A stretch of 64,000 nt of DNA. Source: Octopus vulgaris. Taxonomy: Eukaryota. The stretch covers positions 83,700,001-83,764,000 of the forward strand of contig OX597816.1 in assembly GCA_951406725.2 (NCBI GenBank), given 5' to 3'. Below the pieces are notes generated by a model. The model saw only the letters and a program-made list of their open reading frames with translations, was not told where the DNA came from and searched no databases. The position numbers and the translations under genes were made by a program. Shown piece by piece: positions 11,746 to 25,167 of the stretch (position 1 is its first letter; each line of letters opens with the position of its first letter).

Positions 11746-14700
11746 GTGATAAATTATTTTCTTCCTCTTATGACTAAGAAAAATGTCCATGATGGAGTGT
11801 AAACGACTAGGAATTGGTACACACACAAACCCGCATATGCACTGCACCCCATACATACGTACATACGTACACACACACAGACACACACACACACGCACAC
11901 TGACGAAAGCGCGTGTGACTTGCATATGTATATCCATGTATACATGGGCGCACAAAACTCTTACATTATACATTTATAAAGATATTGTTTCTTCCGTATG
12001 CGTATGTGTGTTTGAGTGTGTGTGTGTGTGTGTGTGTGAGCGCGAGCGTGCATGCATGTATGTGTGTATTTGTGTGCACGCGCACATACATTGATGAACT
12101 TAGATGGACATTATACGTTCAGGTATTCCCACCACTCACACAAATACACGTAATCATAGACACACGCATACAAACACGTATACATGTTCAGAAAGATATA
12201 CACAATATATTCTCTCCTTCTCTTTCTCTCTCCTTTTCTCTCTCTTCCTCCTCCTCTCTCACTCTCTCTCTCCCTTTCTCTGACACATACACACACACTT
12301 AGAAATATATATAAGGACACACATACAAGCATTTATCATATGCATTCCCATTCTCTTAGTAACTGATTGCTACATTGACATATATATCCATACGCGCTTA
12401 CAAGTTATACATATAGGCCTACAAGGATGTGTATGGGGACGCATATACGAGTACAAAAAATATTGATTTATTTAAATCATGCGTAAGACGAGACATTTGT
12501 AAGAGTCCGGAATGTTAGTGTTTTGGCTACCATACCTTTGTACATAGTTACTGATAATATTAAGTAAATTAGGCTTGGAAACGACTGATTTGACAGTCTT
12601 GAAGCTGTCCTCCATTTTATGAACAGACGTTCACTCTACAATGTTGACTTCCATCTTATAGAACTGGAATATAAACTAAGAAGATGAAGTTGGCCTCTTT
12701 TTGGCATTAGAGAAATTAAATTTCTTTTGATTGAACGAAAAATAATTTCTCCTTTATGTCGGGATGAAAATGGCGTATTGTAACAAGTGACTCAAATAAA
12801 ATATATTCCTGGTTCTATTAGTTCCAGAATAACCAGAGGTAATTTCCGGCACAATCATAATCTTTAACAATTCAAAAGTACCTGGAATTGATAGTCCCCT
12901 ATTTCTGGTTACAGTACTTAACCAGTTGATATAAAGCTGAAAGTCTTCAGAGTTCATAAAGTCCTCAAGTTTTGGTTAAAGTCCTTAAGATGTAGATATG
13001 AAACTACTGTAGTTAATTTACAAAATAAAGAAAAAAAGAAAAACGTAAAAACCAACAAAAAATGACTGGTTAGTAAAGTTGAACATTATATATATTATAT
13101 ATATTGACGTCTACACTCTCTAGCGGGGCGGTTGATGATACGGAAAACACTAGATTAAAGGAAATATTGTAAGAAAAGGAAAATGAAGGATGGAAATAAC
13201 AGTTATTGGTAACGCGAGCAATAATTGAAGACATGAGAAAAAACAAATGTCTAAGTATGACAGGCTAAAATTGATTTCAGAAAAAAACATTCGACATTAT
13301 TTTATACTTCTGGATAACAAAGACACTATACAGATATAAAGCAGCCCGATATTGAAAAAAATATATTAGCAGTATTATATAAAAATAGAAATACAAAAAG
13401 AAAAGACAGCATAAATCAAACTTATTTCTACATGAAGAATTTTTCAAGCTTATTTCTTACACCTGCAGTCTAGCTCTAACTCTAATCTAATTTTCAATTG
13501 TGACAAATATCACAGAGAAGCTTATAGATCATCTCCTCTAAATATACGGGTGCTTTTAAAACATACAGAAGTTGCCTATTGTAAAAGAAACACATGTCAA
13601 CAGCTGTCCTGTTTTCTCCAAACAATCATATGTTTTTCTTAATGGTGTGTAAATTTGAGAGAATTCTTGTTATTTGAAATTATCTCCCCTTCTCATCTGT
13701 AGTTGGTCACCATTTTCGAGGATAATTTCGTCCGTTGTTGCCTTTGGAGATCCTGAAAAGAGTCAGTGGGTGCTGCCTTTATTCCTCTGAATTCTGTACG
13801 AACTGAACAAGAGTAAACCAATTTGAAAGCAAACAATGATGAAAATCTCTAAAGTAAAAGTATAAACGGAAGATCCGATTTTAGTTTCACAAGATCAATG
13901 CTGAACTACATAATGGCCTTCTAACCTTCCCATAGTAAATGCATTAAATAAAAACAAAAACAAAATAAAATAAAACAAGAGACTAACACCAACTGCGGAC
14001 TATGTAATCAACACAAAGAAACATACGATACGTCATTTCCGGCTACCTAGTCCATACAAACAAATTATACAAGCATACATGACTAAGTGGATAGTTATAT
14101 CCATTGGTTAATTGGTTAACACTTATTTATTAAAACTGAAAATAAATGGTAGAAATAAACGTCTAATCCATTATGTGACAATATCGATACTATGGAGTAT
14201 GTCTATTCAAGATCAAAGCAAATCCCCCACGCATCCTAATAAATATAAAGTAAAACCTATGAACTTCAATAGATAATGTGATCATTTCCGAACGAAACTT
14301 CTCCAATAAAGGAAGTTGAAACGCTATGTACGAGGGAATTAATACAATGTAATTTATAAACGGTATGGACAAAAACCTGCATTCGGGGATATTAAGACAT
14401 GAATAGGAACAAAACCTTAAAACCCATATTAGATTTTCCATATTTACGCATTCACCATAAATGTGTTATTCTAAGTACAAATTTCACGAAGACTCAATTC
14501 TATAGCACAATTTAAATATCACATTCTACACAATCAATTGACAATATTTTAAAAAGGTTTTACGAAAGAACGCTAAAATAACAAAGCAAGAAATATCAAG
14601 AAAATCCCCAGCAACACGGCACATTCAATATCATAATATAACTTCTTCCCTCTTGAGCATAAAAGAAAAACAGCAAAGAAAGAGGAAAACAAAAACACAG

Positions 14701-15020
14701 TATAAACCTGGTATTGTAGCAAACAACTTACATAAAATTTCTGAGAACTACAAAGGCAACGACGATAACAGCGAAAACATTAGCACCTCATGCTAGAATT
14801 CGTATCACACGCATACATATGCACTCAGACAATTCTACAGAGACGTACATGATGAAAGAGAATATAACTTGTGAAAATAGAATCCCCAACATCCAAGAAA
14901 AATGGAAGACAAAAGCTACAGAGGCAATAACAGCAAGAACAACAACAGCGACAATTTCATAATCTCATATATGTAAAATCAAAAACATTAACATGTCAAA
15001 AAACAAAGGCAAAAATTAAA

Positions 15021-15076
15021 CCCCAGCATGGCCACAGCTCATGAGCTGAAACTGGAAAAATAAAAAAAATAAAAAA
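15021..15076 (+). mobile_element. Retroposon 3' tail (family-A/5S-SINE-type stem-loop tail plus A-rich end)
   Basis: CCCCAGCATGGCCACAGCTCATGAGCTGAAACT is 30/33 identical to the tail of the 5S chimera at ~34141-34174 and is followed by an A-rich tail. Confidence 0.8.
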
Positions 15077-15112
15077 CCGCGTATTTATGTGCGTGTATGT
15101 ACACAGACATGA

Positions 15113-15177
<65 letters not shown>

Positions 15178-15723
15178 TATGTATATGTATTATAATATTT
15201 TATTCTTCGATTTGAAGCGTCAATTGATAACTGCAACAAATGATTAAAAAAGAATGAGCTAACCCCAACCAGAATCCAAACCACAAATCAACGCTAACAT
15301 GGCTCCTTGCGCATCCGATTCGGTCAAATGCTCACACATCTATTTCAGTCAAATTTACTTAATACATTCTTAAACTGTCTAATAATACATATAGTATTTC
15401 TAAACAAATATGTATACTAAGAGCCTTCCATAGTAGCTTTCTCTCTGTAACTTACAAAGCCTTCTGCGTTTATTTACAAATATATATATAAATATATGTG
15501 TGTATGTGTGTGTGTGTGCGTGTGGTGTGTGTGTGTGTGTTCTTTATATACATACATATATATATATATATAAATTATTAAGGTGGCTATTCGTTATTTA
15601 GAACCGAGAGGCAACAAGTATAAGCAAAAGGTTTTGTTAGAAACAAGAATCAAAACAAGTGTTAGCCACGTAAGAGCACTTTTTTAACGACTGATCAAGG
15701 AGACTTAACTGGACATGGAATAT

Positions 15724-15814
<91 letters not shown>

Positions 15815-17771
15815 CATATACATGTGTGTGTGTGTGTTTGTTTTATGTCCAGTTAAGTAAAAACAATTTAAATGTAACCTACAGAATTACTCAACACTTA
15901 TCAAACTAGTTAATTCTACTTCGGCTATATATTAATAAAAATATGCATATGCTTATATTTTTACTTCTATCTTCTCTGTTTGCATCAAGATACCTATATA
16001 TATATATAAACATATACACACACATGCCTGTATTGAGGCCTATACTATGTATTTTCAACAGACTATCAGTATTTTTGAAATAGTTCACATGTTTGCGTAT
16101 ATATATGTCACACATGTATGTATAAATGTATGTATGTGTGTATATGCATGTGTGCTTCTGGTATTGTATTCTAAGTATGAGGGTGTGTGTATGTGTCTGT
16201 GCCTGTATATGCGAGTGTGTTATACAATAATTCTCTTTCTTTCTGTGACTTTACACATCTCTTTCTCACTGTCGTCATTCGTTGGTATGTCTGTCCGTCT
16301 GTCCATCTGTCTGTCTGTCTCTTTTTCTCACCCATTTTTCTTTCTATATCTCTCTTATTTTCTCCTTCCTCCTCTCTTTCTCCCCCCCCCCCCACATATT
16401 TATACATTACTCAAGCTGTTGTATCATAAAAATCAAACAAAAATGATGCAAAACAACAACAAAAACAACCAATAAACAAGCAAATAAACAAGAATCTAAG
16501 AAAAAAAAAACTAATAACAACACTCACAACAGCAACGGGGATAAAGAATACAAAGACAACAACTACAAAAAAACAAAATAAAACAAAAATCTACAATATC
16601 TATATATATATATATATAATACTGGTAACAGCAGCAATAAACAGAATCGTATTTTACGGCACTAAAATATATGAAGGATTCATTTTTATTTCATGTTATT
16701 CGGAGGTTTTTGCAATATGGCTGTCAAGATTTTCGCTTTCTCTCATTATACATGAATTATATGTGTATGGGTATATATATATAATAACATATTCTAGGCT
16801 ATTTCTTGCTTATCTATAGCTTTTTTTTTCGCCATGTCGTTCTCGTATTTGTTTTATTTCTATATCGCTTCATATACACATGTATACATGCGTACACAAT
16901 CACACGGAGACTGATGTACATAGACCGACATAGGTATAGACACAAATAGGCATACGTTTGAGAAAGCTAACGTACACACATACGCATACAGACAAGCACA
17001 TACAGATTCATATACATTTATTGGTAAAAACATACATAATATACATACATGCACACATACATACGTCACATACATAACATGCATGTACACATACATTCAT
17101 GCATACATTCATACATACATACATACATACAAAACATACCTAACATACATTCACACATACATGCATACATACATGCATGTTTATAATACAATACTTAGTG
17201 TCGTTATACTGCGGTGCTGTCGAAACGTGAAGTTAAGTAATGACATTACTATACACACACGCGCGCAATCGCATATTGATGTATGTCCATCCTGATCATA
17301 ATGTATAGGTGTTTGCAAATCAAAAATCTCAGTGCATTTTCATAGCAATGACTGTTATTTTACATTTCGGTGTTTAGTTATCGCTGTAACATGTTTCATC
17401 ACATGGAACATGGTTCTTGAAACATCATTTAGACATACATACATACAAACATACATACATACAAACATACATACATACATACATAAATACATACATATCG
17501 CTGTGTAGGGGAGGGTGCTGTGTCTAGCGGGACGGCTGCCACTGAGAAGCTGAAAGAAGGGCGAAATCATTGGCGACGGTAGCGAACGGGTATCGCCCGT
17601 AAGCAATATAAACACGAGTGCTTTTCTGCATCGCTGGTTCATATGAGAGGCCCTCTCATAGTAATTAACGCAATGTCCTGTCTTTTAACACAACATCCAC
17701 TTTTACTGGAAGATAAATAACACCTTTTGGTAATAATACTGCTTCTGAGGCTATTCATTATTATTATTATT

Positions 17772-18453
17772 CGAACGGGGGGGTGCTACCGGTTCGAGAT
17801 AAACTTTACAGGCACAGATGTGGTATCAGACGGACTTCTCCGATGCGTACGCAGATTGAGGAAACCCTTTTGCACTCCCTCGTAGAGTGTCCGGGCATTG
17901 CTGACTTGTGAGGTTATGTCGAACAGCTGCTGTCACGTGTGGGACGGTTCTGTCTACCGGCTGAGTCTGTAGTGATGATCGCACCGCAGCTTTCCTTCAA
18001 TCGATCAGGCAAAGCAGTTTTTCTCTGCCTGGTGGCTGTGGCGAAAGAGGTTGTTTGGTGGGCAAAGCTGAAACGTATGAGGATGATATATTCCTCTTTA
18101 GTAGAGCTCTCATTGACTTCAAGTTTGAAAAGGAAATTGAGAGTGGAGAGGGAAGTGCTCTCCTCGAATGAGTTTTATTGAAAGGTGGGTGAAAGTTGCA
18201 AAAATGGCAAGAATGGATGGTACGTCTCTAATTGTAGACCTGTGAGTTGGAGAGGGTGAATTGGAGAGGGTATTTGCTCGTGGGGTTTCAGGAAATCTCG
18301 GACAGTAGGATTCCTGGATTGTCCCTATAGGCCTTCCTGCATCAGGAGGACCGCATCTCTATCATCCTTCCCGCCACATTTTTAAAAACATTTGTATGCT
18401 ATGCATACAAAGGCATTAAGTGTACAACATGAATACTAATTTTCTTTCTTTCC

Positions 18454-18456
<3 letters not shown>
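17772..18456 (+). mobile_element. Older, degenerate Tx1/L1-clade 3' fragment related to 7804-9298
   Basis: GVLPVRDKLYRH...EETLLHSLVECPGIADL*GYVEQLLSRVGRFCLPAESVV...AVFLCLVAVAKEVVWW aligns with the 8.4-8.9 kb protein. It carries stops and frameshifts and is flanked by (TTA)n. Confidence 0.88.
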
Positions 18457-18522
<66 letters not shown>

Positions 18523-18844
18523 GCTTCTTTTTGTTTTTCAGAGAACGGAGTGGCTTTGTAAGGAGAAGATAGAGAAGGCATTGGGTGATATCCGATGGAA
18601 TTGTACTTCATCGCCACATGTTTAGAATTTGAGACCGGGAATCTGAAGACAAGACACGTAGGGCAGATGCGACACACTCCTGTTCAACACTCTGGTGCCA
18701 CAGTTTCTGTAAGTCAGCAATATTAGGATCATGGTATTCATCGAGACATTAACCCGAAGCTTTTTGTTACCTGCAATCAACGATATAGATATATACATGA
18801 AATGCGCAGCATGTGAACGGATGGATTACAAAGTTATGGCGACC

Positions 18845-18879
<35 letters not shown>

Positions 18880-19137
18880 GATTTGGCTCAGGTTCGGTCT
18901 TATTTCTGGCTGGATTTATAGTCGTAGCGGGTTATTATCTGTAACCTTAGGCATCCAGTCGCTTTCAACAGCCTTTCAAGTACTTAGAACTCTCCTGATA
19001 ATCATTCCTCTCCTTAAGAGGCGAACTTTCTGTTGAAGCTCTACCGGACTTTCTATTCTAATCAACTTCAACCATTTGTCTACATCTTCGCTTATAGTTT
19101 CCAAGGCACCAATTATTGCAGATACAACATTTACAAT
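18880..19137 (-). mobile_element. R4/Dong-clade LINE 3' remnant
   Basis: The minus strand gives VNVVSAIIGALETISEDVDKWLKLIRIESPVELQQKVRLLRRGMIIRRVLST*, the typical 'vpiviGALG...lQK..LlgTa.IlRkvL' terminus, followed by a short 3' UTR and (AAT)n. Confidence 0.8.
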
Positions 19138-19165
19138 TTTAATTAATTAATATCATTATTATTAA

Positions 19166-19380
19166 TGGCGGTGAGCCGACGAAATCCTTAGGATGCCCGG
19201 CAAAATGCTTAGCAGTATTTCGTCCGTTCTTACATTCCGAGTTCAAATTCCGCCGAGGTCGACTTTGCCATTCATTCTTTCGGGTTCAAGAAAAGTACCA
19301 GTGAAACACTGGAGTCAATGTAATTGACCTCTTCCCTTCCACTATATTCCAGGTCCTGTGCCTTTAGTAGAAAGGATATT
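19166..19380 (+). mobile_element. SINE family B, monomer
   Basis: GGCGGTGAGCCGAC...GAGTTCAAATTCCGCCGAGGTCGACTTTGCC...TGTGCCTTTAGTAGAAAGGATATT. Confidence 0.85.
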
Positions 19381-19459
19381 ATTATTATTATTAGTAGTAG
19401 TAGTAGTAGTATTAGCAGCAGTAGTAGTATTAATAGTAGTAGTAGTAGTAGTAGTAGTG

Positions 19460-19517
<58 letters not shown>

Positions 19518-19942
19518 GGTGTGATAGATTTATTATGCAACAGATATTTGTAATATCTTTACACCGATTACACTGTAAAAAAATATTTAATTTTTCTACT
19601 ACGGTATTCACACCTGCAATAGAAATGCATCGGTTGCATTCCCAGACGGTTTGTTACATATATTTCATTCACCCTTTCCAAATCTATCCATTTATTCACA
19701 TACATACTTACCTACATACATATATACACAGATACACACTTTTTTACCAAATATTCCTAGTGAATTCGGTGCTACTCTATGTACACACACACACACACAC
19801 ACACACACTGACACACACACACACACGAATACAGCACACATTTTTTTCTCCTGTTTGAATATTCAGCTGTAAATTAAAAGAAAACAATTTTTAATATTGG
19901 TTTTCCTTTAATCTATTTAAGTTGCTGATAACGTCAACAGTG

Positions 19943-19973
<31 letters not shown>

Positions 19974-19975
19974 AG

Positions 19976-20051
<76 letters not shown>

Positions 20052-20734
20052 TATAAACATATACACCACACCTTACACAACTCATATGTTAGGTGTATAA
20101 AACAGGATAAGTAGAACGCAATACATAGATGCATACATGTGGGTGTCTATGTATGTATTTAACGAATGGCTAAGTCTGCAAGAATGAGAGACGTCACATA
20201 TAGTTTATTCATCCAAGCCTATATGCTTATATATATATATATATATATACATATTACACACACACACCCACAGATACACACACCCACACACACACAGATA
20301 CACACACCCACACACACACACACGCGCGCGGTCACCCACATATACATACTGACATTGGAAAATTTTCCGAGGGAGTCTTCTGTATGAAGAACATTTATTT
20401 AAGTGCAAGCTACCATACTTGAATGTTGCGTCGATATTAATTTTCAACTTAGAATTTTAACCGGGATAACCAAAAAAATACCCTTAGTGTTAATGAAGAC
20501 ACTCTCAAAATAGGCAAGGGAGAGAACCCCGAAATCCTATTTCAATAAACGTTCAGCAACACATTTGAGATATCTCTAATAAAAAAAAATGCTATGGTAA
20601 ATACCATCGCAAGGTCTATATATGCATACATATAATTAAGATAATCTGTTTTCTTAGCGTTACGTTGGTTCCACCTAACGTTTTGAGTAAAAATGTCTTT
20701 GGAATAATCTCCCCACCATTTCCGCTGATTCAAT

Positions 20735-21100
20735 GGTCCAGGAGTGGCTGTGTGGTTAGTAGCTTGCTTACCAATCACATGGTTCTGGGTTCATTCTCAC
20801 TGCGTGGCACCTTGGGCAAGTATCTTCTACTATAGCCTCGGGCCGACCAAAGCCTTATGAGTGGATTTGGCAGACGGAAACTGAAAGACGACCGTCGCAT
20901 ATATGTATATATATATATTTACATGTATGTGTGTGTATATGTTTGTGTGTCTGTGCTTGTCCCTCCAGCATCGCTTGACAACCGATGGTGGTGTGTTTAC
21001 GTCCCCGTAACTTAGCGGTTCGGCAAAAGAGACCGATAGAATTAGTACTAGGCTTCCAAAGTATTAGTCCTGGGGTCTTATGACTGAAACAAGTAACAGA
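20735..21100 (+). mobile_element. tRNA-derived CORE-type SINE family A, near full length
   Basis: A box TGGCTGTGTGG, B box GGTTCATTCTC, CORE-like CCTTGGGCAAGT, an internal (TA/TG)n tract and tail ...TGACTGAAACAAGTAA. Confidence 0.9.
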
Positions 21101-21553
21101 GTAACTTATGAACTGGAATAATCCACTTCGGAATCGAATAATGATCCAACTTGTAGACCTCACCGTTGCCTGGGTGTATATCTTGTAAAAGAAAACTTTG
21201 TAGCTTATGTAACTTATTAATTTGATACTTTCTATAAATTCCCTTGCTATTTTCTAAATATCTGTGAAATATAAATAGAAATCCTAACCATCAGACGGAA
21301 TCAAACCTGGCAGTCTCCGTTACGGTGGCAGATTTATACATCCAATTAAATCTATCCATTAAATATAAATTAATTAAGGAGTCACTTAATACAAGGAAAC
21401 AAGTAATCTGTTATACAGAATAGAAGCATACTGTTTAAGTAAAAACACACTCACATACACACATACACACACAGTCACTCATGTACTCACACATACATAG
21501 ATTTATACAAATAGATTAATACAAACACCCATACACATATACACACACATACC

Positions 21554-21602
<49 letters not shown>

Positions 21603-21668
21603 ACACATATTTATGCATGAAAAAATATTCATATACGATAAACTCTTTCACACACACACACACACACG

Positions 21669-21753
<85 letters not shown>

Positions 21754-21754
<1 letters not shown>

Positions 21755-21937
21755 GGGAGAATTCACGGAAAAAAGCAAAAGACGAAGACAGGTGGTGTAG
21801 AAAATTTAGAGATGTATTAGTATAACGCTCAGGATTGAAAAAGTCTTTTACGTTTCGAGCCTACGCTCTTCTATAGAAAGGTACACAGAAAGAAACAAGG
21901 AGAGAAAAGAAAATGTGTGTAGTGACTATCATGGCGA
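21754..21937 (-). mobile_element. ~190-bp short element with hammerhead-like motif (copy 1)
   Basis: It is the reverse complement of 61900-62099 over its whole length and ends in (TA)n. Confidence 0.85.
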
Positions 21938-22254
21938 CTCATATATATATGTATATAAACAAAAGGCAAAATGAGAGTAAACACTATATGATGCTTAGGT
22001 TATAGGAACTGGGAACCAGGTAACGATTCATTCCTCAGCTACACTGTTACTCGGAGTTTCTCACATATTCATTACATATACATGATTAATCATACGATAT
22101 ACAATAGATATATTACATAAGGAAAAATAAAAGCGAGGGGAAATAATCTCAAGAGCTCGTATGGCATGAATTCAGATAAGTCTGAGAGACGATAATGGCA
22201 AAAAATACACTATCGATTGCTATCCGCCCATATTACATAAATAACACTCGCATC

Positions 22255-22505
22255 TCATAACAATAATACCACAATTATTTCATCTCAATTGGCCCCGCTC
22301 TCTTTAATATTACACCAAAACACATTAAAGCAGAAACAGACTCCGTAAAGTTACCGGATAAACCACCTACACCCAGATATATCTCCGTAAACAATAACTC
22401 TCTTCTCAATATGGGCCATGTTCCCCGAATCCTGATTTGAATGATTCGCCAGGTGGTGCTATGGCCTGGGTCTATACTGGCCCAAAACCTATTAAAGCAT
22501 CAATC
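22255..22505 (+). mobile_element. CR1-like LINE extreme 3' remnant
   Basis: HNYFISIGPALFNITPKHIKAETDSVK/LPDKPPTPRYISVNNNSLL resembles the 'GP.LFN.lP..i.....FK..LD.fl..vPD.P......NSL' terminus, followed by a short 3' UTR with the stem-loop GGGTC-tatact-GGCCC. Confidence 0.7.
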
Positions 22506-24333
22506 TATATATAAATATATATGCGTCCTCACTTGTTGAATATATATTTGTATTTGCGATTTCCAATGATAATATTTAAGTGTAATTTCATTAGGATCTC
22601 AGTTTGTATATTCATCGTTGATACTTCTATGTGAATGTGTGTGTGTGCTTGCGTGTATATATGAGTGTATATGTCAACTGATGCATACGTGTGTCCGAGT
22701 TTCTATATGTATGTATGTACGCATGTATGTATGTCTGTGTGTATTCGCATAGCTATCACACACACACACACATATATATACATGTATATATAAACACGTC
22801 TATCTATATGTATATGCATGCACGCGCACGTGTGCGTGTGGTTAAGAATTCTTGAGCACCTGAGAATATATTACATTCACGAATATGCAAAAAGCACACA
22901 CGCGCGCACACACACGGTTAAAGAAAGACAGAGTGCAAGAATACATACATACACACACATATACATACATACATACATATATACATATATATGTATGTGT
23001 GTGTGTATGTGCATGCGTGTATGTCTGTGCGTGCGCAGTTCTGTATTTATGTTCTCTTTGTCTTTATGTGTGCAATAGTATATGTATGTATATACGCTGT
23101 GTGTATGCAAACAACGGGTGTTTGGCAAGTACACTTCTGTGTTTACTGAACGAACATGTTGAGCAAGAGGTGCAGGGATGGAGAAGGAAGAGGAGAGAGA
23201 AAGAGAGAAAGAAAGAAAGAGAGAGGAGTAAAGTGGTGGTATAAGTGACGGAAGGAGGGTGGGGGGTAAGCAATAGAAAGAGGATGAGGATGAGGAAGGG
23301 CAAAGTGGGCGGCGGAGGCGGTGGTAGGTGGGATCAAATTAGTGGCACTCAAGTGTAGCACTTATATTTGATATATTGACGTGGGGAAGGAAATGGGGGT
23401 GGCGATGGTGGATGTGGTGGTGGTAGCGGAGGTGGTGGTGCCCTTCTTGAATGATTTAAAGTAATAGTGTGAGGTAGGAGTTTGTGAGGCTCATAGAGAG
23501 AGAGAGGGGGGCAAGTATGGCGTATTTTGTTGTTGGTACGTTTACACATACGCACGCACACACACACGCGCGCACATATATTGTGTGTGCGTGCGTGTGT
23601 GTTACATATGGTGGAATTAAGTAGTTGATATATTATCCCTGCATCTATCTGTTTGTCTGGCGATCTGTCTGCTTCTTGGTGAAATTGTCTGACTACATAT
23701 CTATCTACATCAATTTATCTGTATGTCGCTAGGTCTGTCTATCAGTATACCTGTTTTATTTTCTCAGTCTCTCACATTTGTGCTACACACACACACATAC
23801 ATATATCTGTGAATATATGGCAGTACACACGATCGCGCGCGCGAACATTTCTACGTATACATATGTATGTTGAGAAACATATCGTACTTATGTATGTACA
23901 CACACTCTCACCGCACTTTTCTGGTTTTCTACGGTATATGCACGTTAAGTAAGGTATACAGAATGCTATTTTGATCTGATACAGCCTCCGTCGCTAATAA
24001 TTGACTCTTTCTCACTCTTTTTCTCTCCGCCCTTTCCTTGTCTCTCTCTCGCACACTCACACACACACACACACACATCTACATACATTTGTGTGTATAT
24101 GTGTGTGATCGTGTGCATAACTCGCTCTACCAGCATCCCTATCTATCTATCCATCCATGTATGTATGTATGTATGTATGTATGTATGTATGTATGTATCT
24201 ATCTGTCTGTCTGTCTGCCTGCCTGCCTGTCTGTCTGTCAGTCTTCTTTTCTGTCTGTCTGTCTATCTCTCTGTCTGCCTTCCTGTCTGCCTTCCTGTCA
24301 GCCTGTCTGTTTGCCCGGCTATCTATCTATATG

Positions 24334-24421
<88 letters not shown>

Positions 24422-24774
24422 CTTCGTCTTGTTAACCTTTCAATCACTTAATTTTCCCGTGCTTTTCTCTGAGATCATAACGCTGAAAGCAATATAGTCG
24501 TGAATGTGCATATGTGCATTCATTTTCCACACTTTTGCCTCTACTATTTCTACAACTTTTCTTCTACTTTATCTTTTCCCACTCAGTTCCCACTCAGAGA
24601 CTTCATCGTTCAATAGAGGCAGATTTGGCTGCTGTTTCGAGGGTGCACGCAAATGCCTCCTGCTTCGTTAAATGAAATGCCTACTATAGCACTAGGTCAC
24701 CAATAGTCACGAACATTTTTGATTTTATATCTCTGCTTACCTCTATCGTCACAAAAACGCTAGTATACAGCCAA

Positions 24775-24870
24775 GCGTGGCTGTGTGATAAGAAGTTTGC
24801 TTCTTAACCACATTGTTCTGGGTTCAGTATCACTATGCGGTATCTTGGGCAGGTGTTTTCTACTATAGGA
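24775..24870 (+). mobile_element. SINE family A head fragment
   Basis: GTGGCTGTGTGATAAGAAGTTTGCTTC...GGGTTCAGTATCAC...CTTGGGCAGGTGTTTTCTACTATAG. Confidence 0.75.
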
Positions 24871-25114
24871 CCCCTCCCCCACCACATATTGACTTCATAA
24901 GAATTCAGAAACTTTTCAGAGACCGTCCGAAAAATTTTGTTTTGGAACTGGATCTTGAAGCACATAATATGTATTAGCATGCAAATATTATATATATATA
25001 TTTATATAATACTTGTTTCAGTCATTAGACTGCAGCCATGCTGGAGCATATATATGTATATATATATACATATATAATAATAATAATAATGATAATAATA
25101 ATAATAATTATAAT

Positions 25115-25166
<52 letters not shown>

Positions 25167-25167
25167 T

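Noticed and set aside
12600-12960. Minus-strand peptide fragments faintly like a Penelope RT/GIY-YIG linker (…KGEIIFRSIKRNL…)
   Set aside because: The match needs frameshifts and has no diagnostic motif; it cannot be supported without an HMM search.
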